A stretch of DNA of 64,000 nucleotides from Tubiluchus corallicola (lineage: Eukaryota > Animalia > Priapulida). Below are positions 52,101-64,000 of this stretch, piece after piece. The notes under the pieces were generated by a model. It saw only the letters and a list, made by a program, of their open reading frames with translations, did not search any database and was not told the origin of the DNA. Where the stretch lies: positions 41,580 through 105,579 of the forward strand of contig JAQGDQ010000452.1 of the NCBI GenBank assembly GCA_030141605.1, read 5' to 3'. Both the position numbers and the translations under genes were made by a program. Numbering within the stretch: position 1 is the first letter of the stretch; the number at the start of each line of letters is the position of its first letter.

Positions 52101-52924
52101 TTTTAGCAGACGAGCAGCAAAAGATGTTCTTCTGGATCTTCTACATGACGGTCCAGCGGATGGTCTTAGAACTGAGCAGTGTGAAAGCATGTGTGAAAGC
52201 TTGAAGTGGATTTGACAGCTGGTTGAAAATCACACCCCATTTTTCTCTTTTTTTCAATGACATGAAAAAGGGAAGGGAAAGGTTTGGTTTAGGAATAACA
52301 AACAGCAGCAATGTTGCTTCGTTCCACAAATCTTGGTGACAAAACGATGTATACTGAACGTTATTTGTATCTGGCATCCATTAAAATACCTTGACCCAAC
52401 TTACTTGTGAACGACAAAGAACTCCCCAATTCTTGTACTATTGATAAAACAGGATCAGAAAGTTGAAGACAAACACTGAAACCGAACAATTCTCCCTAAG
52501 AAACAAGCACTAAATAGTGCCTTGTATGGAGCTGAATGATGGAAATGGACAGCAATATCCCTCAGACGAATCAATGGCATCATTATGTGCAGAGTATTGA
52601 GAAAAAGAAAGACTAATGATGTAGGACATCGAGTTAGTCAATTTTGTTGTAATTGCATCAGTTGAAATAAGTCCGCCTATCACTGCACAGCTATGCAGGA
52701 AAACAAACACGGTGAATATACCTCAGCACGTCAGTGGCTCATTGGATTAAGTCTCAAACATCAAAGAAGACCAATTAACAAGACAAAATTGAAACGCCGA
52801 TACTATAAACACTGATACTTTTTACCTGACAATTAACACATAAAAACAGGAGCTTTAATCATCTTGAGTGACTTCGAGGGACCCCCATGAAGATGCAGGT
52901 TCTATGATAAGGTGCAGGTTGTCG

Positions 52925-53870
52925 ACAAAATGTCCCATCATCAGTATCAGTGATAAAACGACCCAACATTAGTGTAAGTGAATAACTGTCTCACACAGTC
53001 GGCAGTATCAATGACAAAAATCATCAATATCAGTGATGAAATGTCCCATCAGTATCAGTGACAAAATGTCCTATCAGCATCCGTGATGAAACGCCCCATC
53101 AATATCCGTGACGAAATGTCCCATCAGTGTCAGCGACAAAATGTCCCATCAGCATTCGTGATGAAATGACCCATCAGTATTGGCGATGAAATGCCCCATC
53201 AGTATCCGTGACGAAATGCCCCATCAGTATCCGTGACGAAATGCCCCATCAGTATCCGTGACGAAATGTCCCATCAGTATCCATGACAAAATGTCCCATC
53301 AGGATCAGTGACGAAATGCCCCATCAGTATCCGTGACGAAATGCCCCATCAGTATCCGTGAGAAAATGTCCCATCAGTATCCATGAGTGACAAAATGTCC
53401 CATCAGTATCCATGACAAAATGTCCCGTCAGTGTCCGTGACAAAATGTCCCATCAATATCCCTGACAAAATGTCCCATCATTATCCCTGACAAAATGTCC
53501 CATCAGTATCTGTGATGAGACGTCCCATTAGTATCAGTGACAAAATGTCTCGTCAATATCAGTGACAAAATGTCCCATCAGTATCAGCGACGAAATGTTC
53601 CATCAATATTAGTGATGAAATGTCCCATCAGCATCCGTGATGCAATGTCCCATCAGTACTAGTGATGAAATGTCCTATCAGTATCCGTGACAAAATGCTC
53701 CATCAACATTAGTGATGAAATGTCCCATCAGCATCCGTGATGCAATGTCCCATCAGTATCCGTGACAAAATGCTCCATCAATATTAGTGATGAAATGTCC
53801 CATCAGTACTAGTGATGAAATGTCCCATCAGTATCAGTGACAAAATGTCCCATCAGGATCAGCGACAAAA
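52925..53870. repeat. 25-bp minisatellite, about 35 copies
   Basis: Unit GTGACAAAATGTCCCATCAGTATCC/AG. Confidence 0.95.
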
Positions 53871-55100
53871 GATCTGATGACAGAAGTGCCGAGATGACTC
53901 CATCTTTTCAGCAAACAACTCGGTCTGAAATAGCAGCTGCAGCAGAATCATCTTTGCAAAGCGTGACCAAAAATACCGCATCCCCTTTAGACTGGCCTAG
54001 TATCTCAATGTAGTTCACTACATGACCTTTATGTGTACTCTTCAAAAATGCTCATTAGCCTCCACTTTCATGCAGTAGAGACTCAGCAAGCTACATACAG
54101 ATCAAGGAATCTCTCTTCCAATCATAATTATATTTTCAGAGAAATTATCACAACTTCCTGTGTACTTAGTTAAATGTCAACCTTTGATTTCAGAAAATAA
54201 TCTTATCTGTTAGGAATTTTGATGCATTGTTATTGCCATTAATAAGTAGAAACTGTATTAACTGTGTACAGTGGAAATTTTCCTCGACTGCATACAAGTA
54301 ATGATTTTTCGTGAGGTTTCCTCGTGGCTAATATCTTAAATTTTCACCATCCCAGTGTCTTCGCTTAACAATTGTATTCAATAATAATGCTGATTCTGAG
54401 GTTGTGCTTCACTCCAGGAAGAAATTGTATAAACACCCAGCAAAAATGCCATACTTAAAACACAAGGAAATTTGGTTAAACAAGGTTAAATATTTGGTTA
54501 AATTTGGAAACAAGGAAAAAGAAAATATATGAAATTTTACTAAACTTCTGCCGCAAACTGTCCGCTGTAACGAAATACACTGTCGTGTGATTGAACCAAA
54601 CTAATTTTGTCACATTTAGTTGGCAGATCCAAGAAAGTGCAGCAGCAGTGCAAGACAGTCCCGAGATTGTACTTACAAACCTGGTCTTTCCATCCTCACC
54701 TGCTCGTCGTGAACTTTCACCCCACGATCATCTGGTCCGCTGCACTGACACAATCCAAACAGACGAAGCAAGTTATTAACAAAGTTTATTTAAACATCCC
54801 ATCAAACCCGTTACGTTACCACTGCCTGATTAGAGTAGAACCGAAATCTCACAAAAGATGATTGAGTAATTTTTTGCAGTCCATAATACACAATGTCCTT
54901 CGTAGAAAAAACTGGAAACATAAGTATAGTACACACACATATCACACTGCTCAGTTCCCCCCATTTATCTCCATTGTTGTGATCCTTTATTGAAGACAGC
55001 CATCCTAAAAACCTGCTTGGTAAAACTTGACAAGATTAATGAGAAAAGATAATTGCCTCGCTTCCTATACACTATATACAAGAGAAGAGTGCTACTACGG

Positions 55101-58100
55101 CTAGGACTGCACGGCAGCCGTGAAAGCCGTCAGACTTTGCTTGCCGTCTATGCTGCTTTTATTGGGCGCGGTGAATACTACATTGAACTGCTCTAAAAAC
55201 TCTATACATTCCTCCGGAGTGTCAAATGCAAGCTCATCCTGAATATAAGATACAGCTAGGGAGGGCCGGTATCTAGAACAGAAAGAGGCAGTTAGTATAT
55301 CATTTTACAACCAAACATCTTAATACCGCATAGAAGTCAAGTTCAAAACATTCGTACAGCTCCACCTGGTGTGATAACAGACTTTTTTCTTTCCACATTA
55401 AAATATAATCATGTGCTAAACTGCTTAATTACTACTTGATTAATGGTAGATTGAAAAATGGTGCCTCCCATTACACGCATGTTTCCTACAATGCTACAGT
55501 TATAATAAAAACTCAAAAATGCTACTAGTTATAAACATTTTACACAAATGAATGTAAATCTCAAACATTTGCCCATTTTCTATATCATCAATTAGAACCT
55601 CAATATTTCGTATTCAACTTCACAACATGCGCATATCATAATGTTGATTGTATCTAATAAACCAAGGCAAATAAGGATAATTCATTAACTCATTTTACAT
55701 AACTTACAGTGCTGTATACTTACCTTTTTACGTCTCATCCTTGACAAAAAAATTTCTTTGGACATTAAAATATGAACTATTATTATACGAGCGATAATGG
55801 CATTATTGATAACGAGATCCTACAAGTGCATTGATTCACATTTAAACACCGAAGTTTCTAGGATACGCAATTTAGAACACAAAATGTTGTTCTGCGAGTT
55901 TCTTAGAACACATCAGTCTCGATTTCGGTTCTGAAATGGTTTCTGTTTGCTATGTTGAAGTGATAGCTTCAACATTTCTCGCTATCGTAAAAATGCCTTT
56001 AAACTAACATTAAGAGCCGTAAAACTAAAATCAAGAAACGGGAGGATAGAAAAAGAAATTTACAAAACATTAAAAACAGAGAAGGCTTACATGACAAAAT
56101 TAAAGAAGAATGCTAATGGTACGTACGACTTTACTATGGTTTTTAGGGCATACTTCCTGGCCCTCTCAGTAAACCAATCTACCAGGTAACCTGCCATCAT
56201 TGGTGCTATCCTATATAGCTTAAAGAATCTCCTATAATTGTTGAGGTGCCAGGTGGACCGTAGCTCCAAGGCAAATTTCACAACTTCGTTTTCACGAGCC
56301 TCCTTAGTCAACCATGCCATGGTTGTAGTCATGTCTGTATTAACAAGTCAAGGCTTGTAACAACATTTTTAAGGTGAAAAATAAAAATAATTACTACTAA
56401 ATTAATAGAAATGTAAACGGTTATCGGTAAGTCAAAAATAAAGAATTTTAAACAATAAACATAGTTTTAAGTCAATTTTCATGTCTATAAATCAACGTGT
56501 ACACATTTTTAAGGTGAAAAATAAAAATGATTACTACTGTTTAATAGAAAAGTAAACGATTATTGGTAAGTCAAAAATAGAGAATTTTAAACGATAAACA
56601 TAGCTTTAAGTCAATTTTCATGTCTATAAATCCACGTGTACATAAAAGGATACCGATTGTGCTATTTGTAAACATATAATACAGCAACCGATAGCCAGTG
56701 AATTCAAATCGGTTGAGTGGCTCATGCTGTGCGAGTTCTATGTACAAGGCTTTCAGCTGAGTCTGACACTGATTAAATTCCTCGTGGTCACCCTGAAAAG
56801 TGAAAAAAACAAACCACGTGTAACTGGATTCGTAAAAAACTCTCAACTGTAGCTGTGAAATCTTACAAGACGTGAATATGTAGGAAAAACAATAAAGACA
56901 TTTGTCACAATCAAAGTAAATAAATATCGTGTACCTTTTCTAAAGCTATTCGAGCATGAGTTTCATAGACTTCTATAGTGAATAAATTTCGTATACACTG
57001 CACCTATACAAAATGTAAAAGTATAAACTGTAAGTTTGTCTTAAGCCATTTATTCCAGACATTCGATGCATGTGAAATGATAAAAACCAGGAAGAAAAAT
57101 CATGTTAGTTAGCGCCACCAATGAAAACATCAGCATTCACAGTGGTAAATATATTGCAGGTGTTAGAAGTGGCTGCAAGGTCGATAGTAAAAATACTTCT
57201 ATTTCAGTCTAATCACCCATCCGGAAATTTTATAATTTTTCCTGGAGCACTCATATAAAATCATACTTTAATCAATTTAAAACGTAAAACGGGATAATTA
57301 TTATAGCATCGTTGCTTCGGCTAGGGCGCAGCTATATTTTTCTACAGCTAGCTCTCGGCCAGGGTTGCCCCTTTTTGTATGATGCCGATTATCATACTGG
57401 AAGCTAAAAATTATGGTATTTTCCGGCAAATTATCTTATTAAAGGCTGAGCAGTGTTGCCGTTTATACCATAATTATCAGAACATACGTTCATACCATAG
57501 TGAAAAGAGACTACACGATAACTGATAATTACATGATAATTAATAATGCGAAATAAGAAATTAAAAAACAAAGTGTGAAAAAATGTACATTAAACAAATT
57601 AAAACACCACTACTACCGGTGTAAAAAACAATCTCTGATTTCAACTGATTTTAAATACTCCACGATTCAACCTTAAACATTTACAAAGCTTAGAAAAAAT
57701 TTCTTCAGCTCGTGAGGTAAGACGGAACCAAATTTTTTTGTGGTCAGCCCAACAGAAAGATGTTACAAAAAACAAAAATCTTATTATCTAAATATGAAAT
57801 CTCCGAGGTGAGTGTGTTATCGTAATGTCAATTGTAATTGTAAAGTTGTAGTGCATTTAGTTTTTTTAGCAATTATGCCTATTTTATCGGCAACGATAAT
57901 AAAATTTACCAGAGCTTTGAGCATTTTTGCCCACATTTTTGTAGCTACTGCTAAGCAGAATCGGGACAGCATTACTATTTTACAAAATTGTCAAAAGAAG
58001 CTTTCGATCAAGATCAAAAGTTTAAGCAATCTTACACGCTTAACAAGAAATTTCATAATTTGCGGGACAGCATTGCCGTTTTACAAAATTGCCAAAATAA

Positions 58101-61096
58101 GCTGTGATTTTAAATACTGCACGATTCAACCTTAAACATTTTCAAAGCTTAGAAAAAATTTCTTCAGCTCGTGAGGTAAGACGGAACCAAATTTTTTTGT
58201 GGTCAGCCGAACAGAAAGATGTTACAAAAAAGTTTAAGCAATCTTACACACTTAGCAAAATTGCCAAAAGAAGCTTTCGGTCAAGATCAAAAGTTTAAGC
58301 AATCTTACACACTTAACAAGAAATTTCATAATTCATTAAGTACCGTAAGATCTTGTCGAATAGATTTCAGTTGTTCACATGCATAGCGGTAATCTGACGT
58401 TTCTTTCCACCGTTTCTTCACGTTATTTATGGCAAGCTTTAGCACCCCTAGTGGTCGCACGGTGGACGGATCAGGTGCCTAAACATGAAGAGACATTAAC
58501 AAGTACAAAACATACTCTAATAACAGTCCAACACACTATGTTAAGTTACTAAAACTTTAAGTTTTGGTATTTCATTGTTATATATTAAATCTTACAGTAA
58601 TACTTGAGAAAGAGATTTTCAAAATTGAGGTTCACAAAATTTAATAAAATAAAAAGCAAGATTTAGTATATAACCCTGTATCTATAAAACCACACACATA
58701 CAATTTTACGACTCTGACCCTTACTACACCACTCATACAAAAAAACCCCTCCCACCAGAGACCATTCGTAAAACCCAAGACCATTCAAGTATATCAAAAT
58801 CTCATGAAATTCATCTGCAGTTACTACAGTACGGTACTCAATATTTTTGGTTAATGCGCTTAAAATAAGACAAAATTATTTTATGTCTGTGACCAAAAAG
58901 ATTTTACCGTCTTTATGTCATCTTTACTTTACTTTTGTGTACTATAATGTATGTAGAAACTATCATACTAAGTACCATTTTGTTTATAAGCAGGTACGTT
59001 TATCACATGGTAACGTGCTAGCGCAGCAGTTTTGCTTTGAATCTGTCACCAGCCTTGTCAGCTGTAATTATAAACCTCGTTGTTTCTGGAAGCTAAACAT
59101 TTAATCACTTGTCTAGCGGTTCGATTTCGAACCTTCCACTGATTTCACAGAGGCACCGTCAACTGTTTTTTTCACAGGGGAAACAGTCATTACCAACTCC
59201 ATCTTAAGCACGTTAGACACCACGTGTTTTGTGTGAATATGTGCAGCTTAAGCAATAGATTTTCAACGTTTTTATCAGTATGGATTTCTTTGTGAAGAAA
59301 TGAAGCAGCTAACCCTCCATTAGAATTTTTAATGTAAATAAACAGATTTGAGCAATTTTTTTAATTTTTTTTATTAATTCACACATATATACACAAGCAC
59401 CCATATTCTTAAATAACTGCACATACGAATGTTGGCATTAACTGGTTCCTAAAATTCATTTTGAACCTTTGCAGTGCATACTAAGCTGAAGAGTGATGAA
59501 TCATACTTCTATAGTAATAATACTACTCCACCCATTGTTTTAAGAGTCAGTTGGTTAATTGGGTCAAAACACTTTCGCACCAAAGTGAGTCTATTAAGCA
59601 GTACATACAATATAAGGATCTGATAACTATTTCACCGGCCAAAAATGTTCACGTTCACGTGTTCATGTTCATAGTTCAGTTCCTCTGACCAAAAATTGTT
59701 TCAAATTAAGGATCGTAGAAAGGCATTTGTACTTACAGTGGTTAACCTGAGATACATTTTCTCTATATCTTGACAAGTTCCAATAATAGTCATTTTGCTC
59801 CAGTCCATGTGATACTCATCATTTTCCTACATGAAACAGAAATGTACCGGACATGAAATTTTGAGTAACTGCATCACGTCTCTGATTATGCGTATCAAAT
59901 ATAAGTGATTTTGTAGCATTCTAAACGTAACGAATGATGCAAAGTGATGTGAGACTACTCAATGCAAGGTACCAAAATTGAATCCAGGTTGAGCACGAGT
60001 TTTTGCGGTCGTTGACGAGGTTTAGCGTCCTCCCTCGAGGCGGAAACAGCTGGCTTATCAATGTGAGCATGGAAGCGGGCAGCCCGCTGTTGCAACCTGC
60101 TTTCTTTGCTAGGGTCTTCATCCTCAAATTTAGAAATACTGAAACAGAAGACGTTTGATTAAATTACGTTTTATGAATGTGTATAATAATTACATAATTT
60201 AAGTATTGGTAAGACTATGGAAAGCAGACAATTTAGTTGCATTGAGAATAAATGTACATATCTATTGATTGCAAAAAATCTACTCTAGCCTAAATGAGAA
60301 TACAAGTGTACTTAATTACACTAACCCTTTCTTCTTTTTATTCTTTGACTTTTTCTTATCATTCTTGTTTTGCACTTTTGATGTAAGTGGACGATTTGGT
60401 CTCTCGTCAGAAACATTCGACTTTCCTTTAGTTGCCTTCCTACTTTTCCTTTCTGAAATCGGCCGTCGTTCTCGACTTCGCGTCCTGTTCTGGATGCGTG
60501 ATCCATCGTCCGACAAACTGCCCGAGCTAAACAGTAAAAGATTTTCAAATGAAAATTCAGAATCAATAAAAACACGCAGTTTGCTCAAAACATATTTCAC
60601 TTCTCGAACTTGCGTGCATGCCTCGTCGTTCATACCTGCTATGGCTGTATCGTCGACGACGACTATGTCGATGAGGACTATGAGAACGGGACCGAGATCG
60701 GGACAAAGACCTCCTAGCTTCGTGCCAGCTAGCTCTGGCACCTCTTCCTCTCCCTCGTCCACTAAAAAATTGATTTCGTCCTCTCTGCGGTAACGGTCGA
60801 CTGAGAGGCTTCTTGGGCGACTCCATTTTGAAAGGAATAAAACCAGTGCCTTCCTTGTCCTTGACCTGTTGACTACTGCCTACTCTACATGGAAAATTAA
60901 TAGATTAATTATAGAAAATTGCATGTATAATTAGCAATTAGCAAAGTGTGCATATTTTACAGCTTAAAAATGAGGCAACCGTTACGAAGTAAACTTTATT
61001 TAGACACAAAACGCGTCACAACATTTATAAAATTGATTTATTTATTTTTGTGCCTAATAAATAATAATACTAATACTACTACTAAATATAATACTA

Positions 61097-61136
<40 letters not shown>

Positions 61137-63708
61137 TAATAACGTATATTTTGCAAAAAAAGCCTATCAGAAATATCTCTACAAAATGACAGGATAGTGC
61201 AACTTCCGACAAGTTTTTCACTTGATAGTGGTCTATCCACGACTTGCATGCATAAGTTGTAATAACTGATGAGAAGCCTCTATTTTGACCCACTAGTGTC
61301 TGTAAATTTATAATCAGAACTTGAAAACTGATACTGTTAATAAGGTAAGTTTTTAGGCATTCTATCAGTACTGAAACACTGCGAACGGTACCATTAAAAG
61401 ATGGAGCAGCATGGTATACAATATTTCTCTTAACGACAAGTGTTGACTGAGCAAATGTCAAAAGCTAAAAGTTGATCATGTGTCAGCAATTGTGGAAGTT
61501 TTTTTTTCTAATCTCAAATTTTTCTCTCACAACACAATTCAAGCAATGACCAGAAAAAAAATCATGTTTATCAAACTTCATATAAACTTACGAAGGTAGG
61601 GGCTCCGAATTCCAGTCTATTGTATAAACAGTATTTTCGTTGAAAGCCCTGGTCAATTTACCCTTCAGGGTGAGTTCAGTTAAGTCTTGCTGCACAGATG
61701 TGGTGCACTGTTGAAATGCACGAGCCACGTACCTCCTACAAAACACAATAAGGAAACAGTGGCATATGTTTAAAGACGAATTGTTGTGACGAACAGCCAT
61801 GACACTGTGATACTGCAAAAAAGGAAAACAGATTTTCCTTACATAAAAAACTGTTAACTCTTACTTTAAATCATCAGGCCACGCATCCTGTGACATCGCA
61901 TTACATGCCGTAGTTTCTTTAGGACGATTCTCCGCTTGGGGCTTATCATTACTCACTGAACACGTCTGCTAAAATAATACAGTTGCACAACAATTAAAAC
62001 ATGTAGCAAAGAAATGAAACTAAGGTGCCGTTTGTTTCGCTCCTGTTTTGAGCGTTGACACATTATTAACTTTTATCTCTTCATTTCGGTCACTGTGCGA
62101 AGTGTGTATGAGGTCATTTCACGTTTGTCGGAGATTTCCGACATGAACTAAGAAACGACATTCATTTTTTAGAAAACAATCGTCTACGGTGGACGTATTA
62201 ACAAAATTTGCCAAAATTGACAAAAGTCGTCAGAAAATTAGCTCGATAAAAATCGTTAAAAATGTTAGCGTGATTACACACCAATTTAAATTCATAGCGT
62301 TGCTTTTTGACTTACAAGTAGATACCAACTATTTAAAAAGTCCAGCCAAAATCAAAAAACAGAAAGTTTTGATCTCACTTTCTGCAGAAACGGCTAAAGC
62401 ATATCAGGCACACTTACTGTTTCAGACAGTGACTTTTTATCCGAAGAATTTTGCATGCCGTCTCTAGTCACGCCCCACTCTTGTGGAATCTCTTCTGGCG
62501 GCTCTTGCACATCCGAGTCAAACGGATTGGAATCAACTGACGGCTGTTCCTTACTATTCGGCTTCAAATACTGGATGTGTGGAACGCCAGTCGGTGCTAG
62601 AAGTTTACGCATAAATGATATTCAATATCAGTGTCACCAGAACAGAATCATAAAACATTGTAACTTTCAAGAAAGTCACAGAATTTACGTAACAAGTTAC
62701 TAGGGAATAGTAAGATGCACTGAATATTCGAATCACCGAATCTGTATAAAAATGCGGTCCGGTAAACTTCGGTCGCAATCGCAAAAGGTTCGATGAACTT
62801 CGGTATACCTTAGTTAGTTTTTTTAGTAATTGTCATGTTCGGTGAAAATTATATGAAACAAACAGAACATTTTCTTTAATGTTTAAAAAAATTATCAATA
62901 AAAAGCTGACGGTAAATGGGGAACATGGCACAACAGCCGACATTTTGCTTTGTGTTTCTGTATGATAACTCGAAAAAAGCAATACACCGTCTGTACACTA
63001 GTCAAGTCAATGAGCAATATCGTGGTGGTGCTTGTATTAAAATTATACACGATGAAATAAACCAATGAGAACTCGAGTTAATAAACAATTATACAATTAC
63101 AGTATTGCCTAGATAATGTTTTTATTGATTGCACAAAATTTTCTGAACAGCTTTTGAGAGAATTACAACTGTTTTTAAAATACTTACTACTTTACGATGT
63201 AGCCATTAAACAAAAACACAGAACAATTTTACACCGGTCAAGAATAGCCACTACTGTAACTTAAAATGATGAAACCTTACAGAATTTATAATTCTTTTCA
63301 ATTGGAATTAAAATTTAGTTAAGCTTCGGTAAAATTTTTTTATACGGCTTCGATATGTTATTCCAATTTAACTTGATATTTTGTTCAGAATTTGGTTCAG
63401 TAGCATTTGGCTGCTTATTCGGTCAAGTTTGGTTCGGTGACATTTGCTTGCCCATTCGGTCAAGTTTGGTTCGGCGACACACAAACATCAAAAAATATGC
63501 TTGTTCGTTTGATGAAATGTGCCTTCAGTGCACCTCTACACGTTAAATTAAAACAGCACACAACTATTTCAACAATAACAAGCAATTTTTCTACTTACTT
63601 CTATTTTGCTTCTTCTTGCCGCCTCTGTTGTTAAAAGGGGTTTGATGGCTCTGAGGCGGGAACCTTGGTTGTGTCTGCTCGGCACCGTGCACCTGTTGAG
63701 TTGACCAC
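55101..63708 (-). CDS. LENG8: Leukocyte receptor cluster member 8 homolog (SAC3/GANP/THP3 family); 5' part beyond window
   Basis: Exons in transcript order: 63708-63599, 62596-62418, 61968-61865 (WPDDLK), 61735-61592 ([17 protein letters not shown]), 60884-60636 (RS-rich), 60526-60326, 60138-59973 (QRAARF), 59826-59737 ([17 protein letters not shown]), 58478-58344 ([21 protein letters not shown]), 57003-56935 ([12 protein letters not shown]), 56792-56654 ([17 protein letters not shown]), 56334-56127, 55272-55101 ([10 protein letters not shown]..stop). Confidence 0.93.
56363..56642. repeat. 140-bp tandem duplication in a LENG8 intron
   Basis: ACATTTTTAAGGTGAAAAATAAAA at 56363 and 56503. Confidence 0.85.
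57646..58335. repeat. Patchwork local duplications in a LENG8 intron
   Basis: A roughly 125-bp block occurs at 57646 and 58105; AAAAGTTTAAGCAATCTTACAC occurs three times. Confidence 0.8.
58836..59609. mobile_element. Truncated or diverged family B MITE (LENG8 intron)
   Basis: Shares GCAGGTACGTTTATCA, TTCTGGAAGCTAAACATTTAATCACTTGTCTAG and the right end GGTTAATTGGGTCAAAACAC..GTGAGTCTATTAAGC with the other copies; left TIR missing. Confidence 0.75.
62701..63480. mobile_element. Probable hAT-type non-autonomous element remnant
   Basis: Clusters of TTCGG/CCGAA subterminal motifs at both ends of the interval. Similar TTCGA-rich (15247-15560) and CGATA-rich (3430-3560) patches occur elsewhere. Confidence 0.35.
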
Positions 63709-64000
63709 CTGGACAATATTATTTACATGAGTGATAAATGCGGGAAATTTAAGAAAAAACATTTAAACTCTAGTTTTAATTTAAATTTGTGTTGTAAGAC
63801 CAGTAAATACGAAAGCTGTATACAAATTGAAAGTTTATTTACGTTTATTTATTTAAGTTTATTTGAATTTAAATTTATGTTATAAGACCTGTAAATAAGG
63901 AAGCTGTATAGAAATTGAAAGTTTATTTACAGGGCATTCTGTGCAAGAAGTTAATGCATTTAGAATTTTATGAAAGCTACTTGCGATTCAGACAAGCTAA

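Noticed and set aside
52925-53870. CRISPR-like or coding repeat
   Set aside because: 25-bp head-to-tail unit, not a multiple of three, with no spacers.
60269-60793. 174-aa + strand ORF
   Set aside because: Antisense to the RS/K-rich LENG8 exons.

Overview
AT-rich, intron-containing animal genomic DNA, probably an invertebrate; the species cannot be determined from the window. I assembled five protein-coding loci by hand from GT-AG exons. (1) + strand: a modular cysteine-rich protease-inhibitor-like gene (about 2090-27103, 5' end unresolved) built from repeated [antistasin + 6-Cys module + WAP + thyroglobulin-1] exon cassettes, then a Pro/Thr linker, a Kazal domain and a possible GPI-type tail. 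(2) - strand: an FBXO15-like F-box gene with an intronless CDS broken by one frameshift. (3) - strand: intronless PREB/SEC12. (4) + strand: ERCC1 with 10 coding exons. (5) - strand: LENG8 (SAC3/GANP family), continuing beyond the right edge. Introns and spacers hold many TA- and TTAA-targeting MITEs, LINE 3' fragments, an internally deleted P-element/THAP transposon, a tRNA-Leu-primed TRIM-like element and minisatellites. The best leads are a candidate structured poison/decoy exon in the last LENG8 intron, the inhibitor architecture with six tandem splice acceptors before its Kazal exon, and the KP-like P element. Everything was read by eye; family assignments rest on recalled motifs, not database searches.
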